Part shown: positions 1 through 10,452 of the stretch, in pieces
Position numbering within the stretch: the stretch's first letter is position 1
How the letters are laid out: the number at the start of each line of letters is the position of its first letter
Origin: an uncultured Bacteriovoracaceae bacterium
Lineage (GTDB): Bacteria > Bdellovibrionota > Bacteriovoracia > Bacteriovoracales > Bacteriovoracaceae
Length of the DNA: 64,000 nucleotides
Assembly: GCA_964012805.1 (NCBI GenBank)
Contig: CAXGUD010000001.1
Coordinates: 1 to 64,000 of the forward strand
Direction: 5' to 3'
Translations under genes and position numbers: made by a program
The notes under the pieces: model-generated
Database searches by the model: none
What the model saw: the letters and a program-made list of their open reading frames with translations, nothing else
Told to the model about the DNA's origin: nothing

Positions 1-258
1 TTTTTTGAATGTGGAATAAAAAGCTTGCTGCTTTGAATAAAATACATTCAAATCCATGAGAAAAGACTACGACTTATAAGGCAGGCCTTAGATGCTATGC
101 GTTATCTTAAGATACGATTCTGGTATCCACCTCAAACATTGTCTTTTAATTTATAATCGAGGGGATCGCCTATTAAAGATAGTCCATTGAAAGTCATTCA
201 TTAGAAAAGTTGTGGCGAGCTCATCCCCATATATAGTGAGTATAAAGTTTGTTATTAA

Positions 259-813
259 TTAAAAAGCGAGGCCAAACCTAAACTCAAAAGAGTTACTCGT
301 ACCAGAATAAGAACCAATGTCTTGATTTAATGTGGCCCCATTTGATGCCGTAAGAGTTAGGGTTGGATCTGTATCATATCTGGACTGGCCAAATTTTAAC
401 TGAATATTAAAATTATCCCACATCCATTGATAACCGAAATAGCCATAAATAATGCTGACCTCTGGTTCGGCCATATAGGCAACCCCACCAGAAGTGTAAG
501 TAAATTTGAATTTTCCTTTTAAGTACTTTCCAGTTATCATCCAACCGTCAGAGTCGGCACCATCAAAATGAAAGCTGGCCTGCCCCCCCACCATGTTGGC
601 CTCATATTTCCAGGCCAATAGCTCTAAATCAAGGGCATAATATGCTGGACCAGCAGAAATTTTCCCTAGATAAAAATCGACCTCAACGTCTGTGGCCCCG
701 ACTAACATTGAAATAGTTTCAAATTTTAAGTTCATAAACTTGGAATGAGCGGGACTTATTAATGAAAAAAATAAAAGAAAGCCTAACAAGTTTTTGATCA
801 ATAATTTTTTCAC
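259..813 (-). CDS. Secreted outer-membrane beta-barrel protein (DUF3575-like)
   Basis: 184 aa; signal peptide (…ISPAHS), alternating aromatic beta-strands (GYFGYQWMW), C-terminal FRFGLAF BAM-type signal; GGGAGG RBS before GTG. Confidence 0.6.
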   Translation of the reverse strand: MKKLLIKNLLGFLLFFSLISPAHSKFMNLKFETISMLVGATDVEVDFYLGKISAGPAYYALDLELLAWKYEANMVGGQASFHFDGADSDGWMITGKYLKGKFKFTYTSGGVAYMAEPEVSIIYGYFGYQWMWDNFNIQLKFGQSRYDTDPTLTLTASNGATLNQDIGSYSGTSNSFEFRFGLAF

Positions 814-1102
814 AAAGCCTCCCTACTAAAAGTCATCTTTAAAAATTTAAAGTAAATTCAAACTTTATTTCGACACTTCATTTAAAACCTTTATTTGTTT
901 ATAAATGATCATTTAACTTGTCTTTTAACATAAAAAAATATGGAGTAAGGTTAAAAGATAAGATGTCAATAAGTTCATTTTTTTAAACAAAACTAATAAA
1001 GTACTTTAATGCCTTTAGACTCATTTAAAAATAAAATATAAAATCGATAAATATAAACTGCTATTAACATTTAAGTAATGTACTTTAAAAGGTGGTCTAT
1101 CC

Positions 1103-2245
1103 TTGAGAAAGTTTTCCTTTATTTTTTTTCTTTTATTTTCTTTTTCATCTATTGGAAAAACTCCCGGTAAAGTTTTTAAAGATTATATAAAATCTCTCCA
1201 AAGCCAAAAAGCTTTAAAGGAAACAGTCAAAATAGGAGACGGTATTTTTCTTAATCTTTCTAACCCTTCTGAAAAGTTCATTCTCCAACAAATGGATGTA
1301 AAAGTCTTAAAAGAAGTTGTTGTAGAAAATAGAGCTGAAGTTTTTTTTCTTATAACCTGGCCGGTTAAACCTCTAGCGATAGAAAATTTTTTAAAAAAAG
1401 AAGAAAACAATAATCTTAAAAATGAAATTCCCAATGAATATATTGAATTAAAGAAGATAGGTAAAAAACGAGTTATTAATATTGGAACGATTTCCGTCCT
1501 TAAGGGGAAGGCCATCTTTTATAAAAATGAAGGAAAATGGTCTCAATTTATTAAAACGAAGAATAAACAAAACACTGTGATTAAGAGCTATTGCATTACA
1601 CATCATATTCATGAGGCGATGGAGCTTAATGAAAAGAGAAAGAAATTTTACTCTGCTTTAACAAATGGTAGAAGTAGAATCCTTTCTAACTTCTTAATCG
1701 CATCAGAAAAAATGTCTCTTTTTGCAGTAAAAATGATGGAGCTGCAGGCCCTTCCCTTTAATAAACTAGGAGTAGATATCCTTTGCAAAGAAATGATTTC
1801 TATGAAAAAAGCTCCCGCCTTTCAAAGTAAAAAACCTCTTAAAAAATTTCCTAAGATGAAAAGATTTAAAAAGTGGAATAGTAAAAATCTTGTTAAAGAC
1901 CTTTATAAAAACTACAAAAAAAGAGATTTTAAAGAGCTTTCAACCGTTCTAAGAAAAGAATTGGAAAAGCTTAAAAGGTTCCCTGGAATGTATTGTATGC
2001 ATAGGCATATAGTTGAATCAATTCTAAGGACTGCTAATTATGGCCCTATCCATAAAGAAAAAGCGAAAAGCCTAGGGCTTAACACTAAAAATGTAGAAAA
2101 ATTAGGCGAGATTTCATGGAACTTTATATTGTCGCAGATCATAACATTTCCCCTGGCCCATCAGATTGATAAGATGGCCTACCCTTTTCAGCAAGAAGGA
2201 ATTCCTATCATTTGTCAGGATGTCCCGCATATTCCTGAATATTGA
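1103..2245 (+). CDS. Secreted hypothetical protein with duplicated Cys/His helical module
   Basis: 380 aa, N-terminal signal peptide, AAGGTGG RBS; the C-terminal half has two similar segments. Confidence 0.6.
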   Translation: MRKFSFIFFLLFSFSSIGKTPGKVFKDYIKSLQSQKALKETVKIGDGIFLNLSNPSEKFILQQMDVKVLKEVVVENRAEVFFLITWPVKPLAIENFLKKEENNNLKNEIPNEYIELKKIGKKRVINIGTISVLKGKAIFYKNEGKWSQFIKTKNKQNTVIKSYCITHHIHEAMELNEKRKKFYSALTNGRSRILSNFLIASEKMSLFAVKMMELQALPFNKLGVDILCKEMISMKKAPAFQSKKPLKKFPKMKRFKKWNSKNLVKDLYKNYKKRDFKELSTVLRKELEKLKRFPGMYCMHRHIVESILRTANYGPIHKEKAKSLGLNTKNVEKLGEISWNFILSQIITFPLAHQIDKMAYPFQQEGIPIICQDVPHIPEY

Positions 2246-2249
2246 ATCT

Positions 2250-4064
2250 CTAAAAATAATATATATGGGAAAATTCAAAACTAACTTCCTGCATGTTTTG
2301 TTCTAATTCTTTAAGAGAATCTATTTTCAAAGAAAGAGTATGACTAGGATTTAGGTGAAAAGATTGCTCAAAGCTTAAAGTAAGGATTTTAGACTTATCA
2401 TTCAAAAAATTATTATCTAAGCGGACATTAAATAAAGATTTCATGTCGAAAACTTCTCGTATGACCATTCCAAAAGTTGGAAACATATAGAGATAATAAA
2501 AGTCTTTACTAATAGCTGTACCTAATCCTAGCATGGCATAAAGGTCTATATCTTTGGCCAATCTAAAATTTAGCCCTGAGGCCAACTCAACATCAAAACT
2601 GAGATTAGGTCTTAGGTTACTGTTATAATGTTTATGAATGCCTGTTTTTACATTAAAGGATAAACCTTTAGTTAAAGGGTCGTAAGGCACGAGGGATAGA
2701 GCTTCAAAAAAAGTAAGGGTGTCAAGCTCAATTTTTTTATCTTTAAAATTATAAAGCAGTTTAAAATCGGCGAGTTTAAGCTGCCTCTCTGATAAGAACT
2801 GGCGGTTATCATCTCGAAGCTTTGTGCTTGCATATAAAAAGTTTATACCTAATTTATTATCTTTACCTCCAATGAAACTCATCGAAAATTGAGTATCCTG
2901 AGGCGTTTTATAGGGGTTTGTAAACTTTGAAAGGTTTAAAATTAAAGGCCGTTTTTTTTCATAATTTATAAGCTCTTTTCCAAATTTTTCGTAGTCGATT
3001 TGGGATATTTTCTTTTCATTGTAGCGGATATTATTTAGACCTTGGAGTATTTTCAAGGCCATTAATTTCTCTTTTTCACTAAAATGTTTGGAAGAATAAA
3101 TATATTTAAAAGTTCTTTTATCGAAGGCCTTTTTTATATCTTCAAGCTTAACTTCTTTTATTTCAGGGAAAAAGTTTTTTACAAGCCAGTGATCTGAAGC
3201 GATGAGGTCAGTGTAATTAATCATTCCAAATGCATACGCATCTTTTATGACGTCTCCAGGGGTTATCCACCAGTGACCGTTTTCAATTTTTTTTGAATGA
3301 CCTAAGGCCAATAAAAAATGAGTAAATGTTGCACAATTATATCCAATAAAAAAATAATCCGTTTTTGTATTCTTTAATTCCCATATATGGTAATGGATAA
3401 GTGTTCTTTTAAATGGTTCCAGATTTAAATCAATCTCCCAGACATTACGCTTTTCTTCAATTCGATATCTGTCTATAATTTTTTGATAAGGTTTAAAGAA
3501 AACAACTCCCTCCATTCCCAGGAATAAACTTGTGCTAACTAACCAAAGAGGGTTATGTGTCTTTATTCTTGCAAAATAATTAACTGAATGAGACACCTCA
3601 TCGCCTATATCGTTCTTTCCAGACAACTTTAAAAAAGAATGGCCCATCATGCTTGTTGAGGAAAGGATATTTTGAGCAGCATAAACTAATTGAATATTTC
3701 GGGCAGGAGCTTTCTTTAAATAAGTACTAAAGCCTTTGCACTCTTTAAACGACCCCCCCGCATTTTGTAGTTTTCTTTCTTTTAAATGTCTTTGTAAAAA
3801 AATATACCGCGCGGGAAACCTGCATTTTGCCAAGGGATCTTTAACAAATAAATTTATTGTAAGATTCAGTTCCTCCAAAAGATCTGGCGATCCATAAGAC
3901 AATAAGAAGTTTTTATCCTTATGAAAGAATTTTTTATTTTTATAATGCAATAAAGCCTTCCAAGTAGGCGAAGCATGAATAGATTTTTTTTCCAAATTTT
4001 GAAAATCTGCGAAGCAAACGCTAATTAGGGTATTTAGCATTAAAACTAAAATTAATATGATCAT
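2250..4064 (-). CDS. DUF4105 / Lnb-type periplasmic domain protein with C-terminal beta-barrel
   Basis: W..LLHY, CRFPARY, MGHSFL, YFFIGYNCAT motifs typical of DUF4105; beta-strand-rich C-terminus ending in YYF. Confidence 0.75.
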   Translation of the reverse strand: MIILILVLMLNTLISVCFADFQNLEKKSIHASPTWKALLHYKNKKFFHKDKNFLLSYGSPDLLEELNLTINLFVKDPLAKCRFPARYIFLQRHLKERKLQNAGGSFKECKGFSTYLKKAPARNIQLVYAAQNILSSTSMMGHSFLKLSGKNDIGDEVSHSVNYFARIKTHNPLWLVSTSLFLGMEGVVFFKPYQKIIDRYRIEEKRNVWEIDLNLEPFKRTLIHYHIWELKNTKTDYFFIGYNCATFTHFLLALGHSKKIENGHWWITPGDVIKDAYAFGMINYTDLIASDHWLVKNFFPEIKEVKLEDIKKAFDKRTFKYIYSSKHFSEKEKLMALKILQGLNNIRYNEKKISQIDYEKFGKELINYEKKRPLILNLSKFTNPYKTPQDTQFSMSFIGGKDNKLGINFLYASTKLRDDNRQFLSERQLKLADFKLLYNFKDKKIELDTLTFFEALSLVPYDPLTKGLSFNVKTGIHKHYNSNLRPNLSFDVELASGLNFRLAKDIDLYAMLGLGTAISKDFYYLYMFPTFGMVIREVFDMKSLFNVRLDNNFLNDKSKILTLSFEQSFHLNPSHTLSLKIDSLKELEQNMQEVSFEFSHIYYF

Positions 4065-4099
4065 TACCTATCTTTAGATTTTTTAAATATATAATTTAA

Positions 4100-4132
4100 G
4101 AAAAACAAAAAGAGGAGCCCTTGGGACTCCTC
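4100..4132 (-). terminator. Intrinsic terminator after the small lipoprotein gene
   Basis: GAGGAG-ccc-tt-ggg-a-CTCCTC hairpin (4112-4132) followed on the minus strand by TTTTTGTTTTT. Confidence 0.7.
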
Positions 4133-4159
4133 CTATCCGAATCTATTTTTGTCGCTCTT

Positions 4160-4525
4160 TTATTGTTTTTTACATTTAATGACTATTTTTTTAGAGTAAT
4201 CCCACATGTTACTTGAAGCAAAGTCAGTTGTAGACCCAAGACCTCCACCGGCTATGATATTAAGAAAAAATACTGGCGATAATTCTGGCTCCACCTTTGT
4301 CTTTTCATCACAGTTTTTATTTTTTGAGAGAATTTCCAAATTTTCTCGGCTTCTCTTTAGCTTAACTTTTGAAGGTATAGAGTATGTCATGCCACCAATT
4401 ACAACATCAGCTTTTTCACCTGTGGAAGTTTCAAGACTTACCTGAGTTGTATCTTAGTTAATTATTGAAGCGCAACTTGAAAGAAGAAAAAAGATCAGTA
4501 AAAGTGGAATTAATTTAAAATTCAT
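4160..4525 (-). pseudogene. Small lipoprotein gene interrupted by an in-frame TAA at codon 24
   Basis: ATG at 4525 with GGAG RBS gives MNFKLIPLLLIFFLLSSCASIIN*DTTQVSLETSTGEKA…, which continues in frame into ORF 4160..4390; lipobox LSSC; TAA at 4454-4456. Confidence 0.8.
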
Positions 4526-4866
4526 AGAATTTCTCCAATTTGGGTTATAAAGTTCTTAGTATAATACCATTTAATCTTAGTAAAAAATTTACAATTCGTA
4601 AGAACAAAAAAAAATTAAACTTTTAAAGTGTAAAAATTTATTGAACCTTTAACAATTTACATAATTTCATAGTTCCAAAACCCGACTTTTTTTATTTCTT
4701 CAATAAAAAAACGGGACTTTTGTGCGAACCATGGCCTCTATTTCATGAATCATTACTTTTCTTATTAAGTTAAATCGGGCTTATTTAAAATACCTTCGGA
4801 ACTTCGACTCTATTTTTATCAATAATTTAAACAGAGAGATTCAATAGATAGAAATAATTTTGAAAT

Positions 4867-5553
4867 TTACCTTCTTCTTAAGACAGCGATCCATCTCATA
4901 ACGTTTAAAAGGTCAGAAAGAGAGGATGCTAGATATGTATAAGCGCAGGCCTTAAGAATTTGATGGGCACCTTCATGCTCCAACTCTGAAAAGTCCGGTC
5001 TTTTTCTTAAAAGAGGAAGCGCTCTTTTAAAACTTGCATCTATTTCAACTGGAAGAGTCACAAAGTTAATAATTGTGTTGGATAAGAGTCCTGCAACTCC
5101 AACTATAAGAGAAAGAAGACCAATTCGGGGTGAGCGGGTCACAAGAGTTAAAATGGGAGTGATCATCATAAAGGCCCCTCCCCATTTTTGAACAATCATC
5201 CCCAAGGTCGCTAAACTTGTCCGAAGACCTAAAAGACTATACTTCGTATGATCTTGAATAGCATGCCCAACCTCATGGGCGGCCACCACCAAAGAAGTCA
5301 GATCATTTCCATGAGCGTTCTCTTTACTTAGTCTAACGGCTTTAGCAATAGGGTCATAATGGTCAGGGCCATCAATCGTTTCAACTTGAACATTATGAAT
5401 TCCATTTTGAAAAAGAAGCTCCTGGGCCAAGGCATGACCATTTTGAGAAAATGTTTTTGGATGGTTCCTATATTGGTTCAAAACCTTTTTGACATAAAAT
5501 TGGGGGTAAAGGATCACTAGAAAAAAAACGACCGCTAAAAGAATGTAGAGCAT
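4867..5553 (-). CDS. Neutral zinc metallopeptidase (YugP / Zn_peptidase_2 family)
   Basis: DHYDP, AAHEVGHAIQD (HEXXH), TLPVE.DAS.RA, A.TY motifs. Confidence 0.9.
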   Translation of the reverse strand: MLYILLAVVFFLVILYPQFYVKKVLNQYRNHPKTFSQNGHALAQELLFQNGIHNVQVETIDGPDHYDPIAKAVRLSKENAHGNDLTSLVVAAHEVGHAIQDHTKYSLLGLRTSLATLGMIVQKWGGAFMMITPILTLVTRSPRIGLLSLIVGVAGLLSNTIINFVTLPVEIDASFKRALPLLRKRPDFSELEHEGAHQILKACAYTYLASSLSDLLNVMRWIAVLRRR

Positions 5554-5575
5554 CCCTTACCTCCCTCTCCCTATT

Positions 5576-5863
5576 TTAACCCCAAAATAAAAGAAAAAAA
5601 GCAAAAATCAGACACACGACTCCTCCATTCAAAGGAGTTAAAGTTGTCCCGCCTAAAACCGCCATCATAATAAAGGCACTTCCCAAAAGGGAGATAAAAA
5701 ACCTCTCACCTCTTGTCGTTTTCATGGGTAAAAAGCCCTTTGTCTTTTTAGTCGGGATCCTGACTTCCAAAACAGTAAGGCAGATGAGCGAAAGAAATAT
5801 AAGACCAAAAAAGATGGCAGTTGGAGTCGTCCAGGCCATCCACTCTAAGTTAATCCCTTCCAT
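5576..5863 (-). CDS. DUF2160 small membrane protein of glycerol-type ABC operon (GlpU-like)
   Basis: WMAWT.PTAIFF and GFL...TTRGERFFISLLGSAFI motifs; operon context. Confidence 0.85.
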   Translation of the reverse strand: MEGINLEWMAWTTPTAIFFGLIFLSLICLTVLEVRIPTKKTKGFLPMKTTRGERFFISLLGSAFIMMAVLGGTTLTPLNGGVVCLIFAFFLLFWG

Positions 5864-5866
5864 TGA

Positions 5867-6664
5867 TTAAACCCTCCCCAAAGAAAGACCTTTGGCCATA
5901 TGATGACGGACGGCCCAAATGACAAAAAGACCTGGAACAATCGTTAAAACCCCAGCCGCGGCCAAGAGCCCCCAGTCCTGTCCAGCAGCACCTCTCGTCC
6001 TTGTCATAACGGCGACAATGGGCTTGGCGTGTACCGAAGTTAAGGTTCTCGCTAAAAGAAGTTCTACCCAACTAAACATAAAGCAGAAAAAGGCAGCAAC
6101 GCCAATTCCCGAACGAATAAGGGGGAGGAATAGCTTAATAAAAAATGACGGAAAAGAATGCCCCTCTAAATAGCTCATCTCGTCTATTTCTTTAGGGATA
6201 CCGGACATAAAGCCCTCTAGAATCCAAACACAAAGTGGGATATTAAAAAGTGTGTGGGCCAAGGCCACTCCCCATAAAGTGTCAAAGAGACCAAAGGTTG
6301 AGTAAAGTTGAAAAAAGGGAACAAGAAAGACCGCTGGCGGTGACATTCTATTTGTTAGTAACCAAAAAAAGAGGTGCTTATCCCCCATAAAGCGGTATCT
6401 CGAAAAGGCGTATGCAGCCGGTAAAGATACCAACAAACAAAGAATTGTATTGAATAAAACGTATATAAGGGAGTTAAAATAACTCCCGTACCAACTCACA
6501 TCCTGAAAAATGACCTTATAATTCTTTAGCGTAAAGTTTTGGGGGAAAAAACTTAACTCCCCCAAGATTTCTGCATTAGATTTAAAACTCATATTGATAA
6601 GCCAATAAAGGGGAATCAATATAAAAAGAAAGTAGAGGATTAAAAGCCCCGATCTTTTTTTCAT
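5867..6664 (-). CDS. Carbohydrate ABC permease (glycerol transporter GlpQ-like)
   Basis: PAAYAFSRYRF.GDKHLFFWLLTNRM, EGFMSGIP.EIDE (EAA loop), FSWVELLLARTLT. Confidence 0.9.
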   Translation of the reverse strand: MKKRSGLLILYFLFILIPLYWLINMSFKSNAEILGELSFFPQNFTLKNYKVIFQDVSWYGSYFNSLIYVLFNTILCLLVSLPAAYAFSRYRFMGDKHLFFWLLTNRMSPPAVFLVPFFQLYSTFGLFDTLWGVALAHTLFNIPLCVWILEGFMSGIPKEIDEMSYLEGHSFPSFFIKLFLPLIRSGIGVAAFFCFMFSWVELLLARTLTSVHAKPIVAVMTRTRGAAGQDWGLLAAAGVLTIVPGLFVIWAVRHHMAKGLSLGRV

Positions 6665-8478
6665 TGAACACTCTTTTTAGGTTGAATCTTTTTTGCTTTC
6701 GCCACCTTTTTTGCCCTTTTTAAAGACCACTCTCTTAAAAGGGTTTTATAGGCAACAGTTTTCCCTTTGGGCTTTTCAACACTCATAAGAGCTTTAGGAG
6801 AACCGGGTTGCGATAACCAAAAGTCTCTTCCCTTAGGCGACTTGGCCATTTTTGGAGCACATTTTTTCATACCTATGCGCTCCAACCTTCCCATAATACG
6901 ATCCATCTGATTGGCCAAACGGTCTAAGGCTTGTTGAGGCGTTTTTTCACCATTAATAGCAAGAGAAATATTTTGCCACCAAAGTTGGGCCAATCTCGGG
7001 TAATCTGGAACATTCGTACCGGTCGGTGTCCACCTTACTCTGTCAGGAGAACGGTAAAACTCAACGAGACCACCAAGCTTTGGCGCCATCTTGGTAACAA
7101 CCGGTGAGTTCAAATCAGATTCACGAATAGGTGTAAGTCCTTTAATAAACTTTGTTAAAGAAACCGTTTTTGAAACACTAAACTGGGCATAAAGCCAAGC
7201 CGCTTTTCTCCTTATTAAAGGCGTGCTTTTAAGCATCGTCCAAGAACCTGCATCTTGATAACCAAGTTTCATCCCCTCTTCCCAATAAGGGCCATGAGGT
7301 GAAGGCGCCATCCTCCACTTAGGGGTTCCATCTTTATTAACAACTGGAAGACCTTTTTTGAGGCTTGCCTTTGTAAAAGCTGTGTACCAAAAAATCTGCT
7401 GGGCCACTTGGCCTTGAGAAGGCACAGGTCCTGCTTCTGAAAAAGTCATTCCAACGGCCTGTGGTGGAGCGTACTTTTTCAACCAGTCAATGTATTTCGT
7501 AAGTGCATAAACAGAAGCCGGTGCATTCGTCGCTCCCCCTCTTTCAACGCTTGCTCCTACAGGGCGGCAGTTTTCAACACGAATCCCCCACTCATCCACC
7601 GGAAGACCATTAGGAATTCCTTTACTTCCTGTTCCCGCCATAGAAAGCCAAGCGTCCGTAAAGCGCCAACCAAGGGAAGGGTCTTTTTTTCCATAATCCA
7701 TATGGCCATAAACCCTCTTTCCATCAATAGTTTTAACATCATTAGTGAAAAAATTAGCTATATCTTCATAGGCAGACCAGTTTTTCGGAACACCTAACTC
7801 ATAACCGTATTTTGCCTTAAACTTCTTTTTAAGATCTGGTCTTTGAAACCAATCATGACGGAACCAATAAAGATTCGCAAATTGTTGATCCGGAAGTTGA
7901 TAAAGCTTTCCATCCGGTCCTGTCGTAAAACTCTTTCCTATAAAGTCATCGATATCGAGAGTTGGAAGCGTGACATCTTTACCTTCTCCACCCATAAAGT
8001 CACTTAAGGGAACTATATAATCCAACCGGGAGTGAGTTCCGATCAAGTCACTATCATTTACATACATATCATAAATGTTTCTACCAGTATGCATTTGAGT
8101 TTGAAGCTTTTCAATGACATCACCTTCGCCAATAAGATCATGAGTTAACTCAATCCCCGTAAGCTCAGTAAAGGCCTTTGCTAAAGTTTTGGATTCATAA
8201 GAATGGGTATCAATACTTTCACTAACAACTTGAATTTTCATTCCTCTAAACGGTTTCGAAGCCTTGATAAACCATTCCAACTCTTTTAGTTGATCATCTT
8301 TAGAAAGAGTTGAATCCTTAAACTCTTTTTTAATGAGATCTTTCGCCTTTTTTAAGGCCATTTTTTCAAAGTCAGTTTGGACATCAGTCGAAGCTCCCAA
8401 TCCAATAGAGAAAAGACTCACAAACCCAATGAGTGAAAAAGTTTTTCGAAAAGACTTTAATAAATGAAAAGCTTTCAT
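6661..8478 (-). CDS. ABC substrate-binding protein (glycerol transporter GlpV-like)
   Basis: Signal peptide; NDSDLIGTH, LPDQQFANLYWFR, GHMDYGKKDPSLGWRFTDAW, WTPTGTNVPDYP motifs. Confidence 0.9.
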   Translation of the reverse strand: MKAFHLLKSFRKTFSLIGFVSLFSIGLGASTDVQTDFEKMALKKAKDLIKKEFKDSTLSKDDQLKELEWFIKASKPFRGMKIQVVSESIDTHSYESKTLAKAFTELTGIELTHDLIGEGDVIEKLQTQMHTGRNIYDMYVNDSDLIGTHSRLDYIVPLSDFMGGEGKDVTLPTLDIDDFIGKSFTTGPDGKLYQLPDQQFANLYWFRHDWFQRPDLKKKFKAKYGYELGVPKNWSAYEDIANFFTNDVKTIDGKRVYGHMDYGKKDPSLGWRFTDAWLSMAGTGSKGIPNGLPVDEWGIRVENCRPVGASVERGGATNAPASVYALTKYIDWLKKYAPPQAVGMTFSEAGPVPSQGQVAQQIFWYTAFTKASLKKGLPVVNKDGTPKWRMAPSPHGPYWEEGMKLGYQDAGSWTMLKSTPLIRRKAAWLYAQFSVSKTVSLTKFIKGLTPIRESDLNSPVVTKMAPKLGGLVEFYRSPDRVRWTPTGTNVPDYPRLAQLWWQNISLAINGEKTPQQALDRLANQMDRIMGRLERIGMKKCAPKMAKSPKGRDFWLSQPGSPKALMSVEKPKGKTVAYKTLLREWSLKRAKKVAKAKKIQPKKSVQ

Positions 8479-9344
8479 TCATTCTCCTTATTTAAAATCC
8501 AATTATAAAAAACAAAACTAAACAAAAGAATAAAAAGGAAGTAGATGAGAGAGAAGGCGCTAGCAATGCCTAAATCAAATTGGCCAACAGCGAGTTTCGT
8601 TAAAAACTGACTCAAAAAAGTCGTTGAATTCCCAGGCCCTCCTCCTGTTAGAACAAAAGGCTCTGTGTAAATCATAAAGCTGTCCATAAAGCGAAGCATG
8701 ACAGCGATCATCAAAACATTTTTTAATTTAGGAAGCTCAATATGACGGAAAACGGCCCAACGGTTGGCACCATCAATAGCAGCGGCCTGGTAATAGGCTT
8801 CCGGTATTGCTTTTAAACCAGAATAGGCCAACAGTACAACAAGAGGAAGCCAGTGCCAAACATCCATAACAAGAACCGTCCACCAGGCATGACTTGGATT
8901 ATTAGCGTAATTGTAAGTTAAACCCAATTGCTTTAGAGTGTGCCCTAAAAGACCTATGTCCGATCTTCCTAATATTTGCCAAATCATACCCACAACATTG
9001 TGAGGAATTAAAAGAGGCATGGCCAGAATAACCAAGCAGAAGGAAACTCTTTTTCCCTTTTTAGGCAACAGAAGAGCGACACCAACACCCAGAGGAATTT
9101 GAACAAATAAGACTAAAAAAGAAAAAAGCATTTGCCTTAGAAAAGCCTGGTGAAGCTCTCTATTTTGGAGGACTTCCCGAAACCACTCCCATCCGACAAA
9201 AACTCTTTGGTTAGGCCCCATTATATCTTGAAATGAATAATTGACGACGGTCATTAGAGGAATAACTGCACTAAAGGCAACCATTAAAAAAACAGGAAGG
9301 ACAAAAAGCCAAGCCTTTTCATTTTTTATCTTGCCATCTTTCAA
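8475..9344 (-). CDS. Carbohydrate ABC permease (GlpP-like)
   Basis: AFSAVIPLMTVVNYS, MDVWHW, AYYQAA.IDGA, LRFMDSFMIYTEP..LTGGGPG. Confidence 0.9.
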   Translation of the reverse strand: MKDGKIKNEKAWLFVLPVFLMVAFSAVIPLMTVVNYSFQDIMGPNQRVFVGWEWFREVLQNRELHQAFLRQMLFSFLVLFVQIPLGVGVALLLPKKGKRVSFCLVILAMPLLIPHNVVGMIWQILGRSDIGLLGHTLKQLGLTYNYANNPSHAWWTVLVMDVWHWLPLVVLLAYSGLKAIPEAYYQAAAIDGANRWAVFRHIELPKLKNVLMIAVMLRFMDSFMIYTEPFVLTGGGPGNSTTFLSQFLTKLAVGQFDLGIASAFSLIYFLFILLFSFVFYNWILNKENE

Positions 9345-10420
9345 AGAGACTCTCCAGGAAAAAGGGACACTTTACTCAAGGGAAACTCAACACCAACCCT
9401 GTCTCCATGGTGGATTGAATGGCGACCTTCCAAGACAGCTTTAATTGAAAAAGACTCTTGCTCCAAAGTGAGCAATTGACTTGCACCAAGATAATCCACC
9501 TTTTTCACCTTCCAAACCCAATCATTTAAGAGACAGGGGTTTAAATTTAGACCAACATGCTGTGGCCTTATTCCTAAAGCCCCCACTCCGTCGGATTGCC
9601 TATCTAAGGTTTCAAGGTTTTTAAAATAGGATTCAATATGGGGAGTGACTTCCATAGGAGAAACTTTTCCCTTATGAACTTTGTAATTTAAAAAATTCAT
9701 ACCGGGAGTTCCAATAAAATGACCAACAAAACTAGTTTTAGGGTTTTCAAAAAGGTCTCTTGGACAACCCTGCTGTAATATGCTCCCCTCCTCCATAACC
9801 ACAACTTCTTCAGCAAAAGTAAGTGCCTCAGTCTGGTCGTGGGTAACATATAAAAAGCTCAATTCAAGCTCTGCATGAATCTCCTTTAACTTCTTACGGA
9901 GAAACCTTTTGAGGCGGGGGCTTACAGCGGTTAGAGGTTCATCAAAAAGTACCGCTGAGACATCTTTTCTAACAAGCCCTCTTCCAAGCGAAACGAGTTG
10001 CTTTAAATGAGGTGACAGTTCTTTTGCCCCATCCTTAAAGTGATCGGTAAGCTCCAACAATTCTCCTATTTCTTCAACTCTTTTTCTAATCTCGACAGAA
10101 CCCATTCCGTAATTAAGAAGAGGAAAGGCCAAGTTTTGAAAAACAGTCATCGTATCGTAGACAACAGGGAACTGAAACACTTGCGCAATTTTCCGCTTTT
10201 GTGGTCCGAGGTTTGTCACGTCTTCTCCATCAAAAAGAACCTTACCCTCTGACGGAGTTAAAAGGCCTGACAAAATTTTAAGAAGGGTCGTTTTTCCACA
10301 GCCAGAAGGCCCTAAAAGAGCTATTCTTTTATGCTTTTCAAACATGCATTCAAGAGGTCCTAAAACCCATTTTTTCTGATCGTAGGAGTGCCTTACTCCT
10401 TGGAGTTCAATTTTTGCCAT
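9341..10420 (-). CDS. ABC ATPase (GlpT-like)
   Basis: Walker A GPSGCGKT, AQVFQFPVVYDTMTV, Walker B VLFDEP, YVTHDQ; degenerate signature LSPHLKQ. Confidence 0.9.
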   Translation of the reverse strand: MAKIELQGVRHSYDQKKWVLGPLECMFEKHKRIALLGPSGCGKTTLLKILSGLLTPSEGKVLFDGEDVTNLGPQKRKIAQVFQFPVVYDTMTVFQNLAFPLLNYGMGSVEIRKRVEEIGELLELTDHFKDGAKELSPHLKQLVSLGRGLVRKDVSAVLFDEPLTAVSPRLKRFLRKKLKEIHAELELSFLYVTHDQTEALTFAEEVVVMEEGSILQQGCPRDLFENPKTSFVGHFIGTPGMNFLNYKVHKGKVSPMEVTPHIESYFKNLETLDRQSDGVGALGIRPQHVGLNLNPCLLNDWVWKVKKVDYLGASQLLTLEQESFSIKAVLEGRHSIHHGDRVGVEFPLSKVSLFPGESL

Positions 10421-10452
10421 ATACTGTGCCCTAGAAAATTAACCCTACTGTT

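Noticed and set aside
1..250. Possible gene fragment at the window start
   Set aside because: The frames I translated hit stops within short distances and showed no recognisable motif.
4206..4445. 79-aa plus-strand ORF
   Set aside because: Antisense shadow of the interrupted lipoprotein gene.
4454..4456. TAA reassignment or alternative genetic code
   Set aside because: TAA terminates many intact genes in this window; a single case is better explained by mutation or sequencing error.
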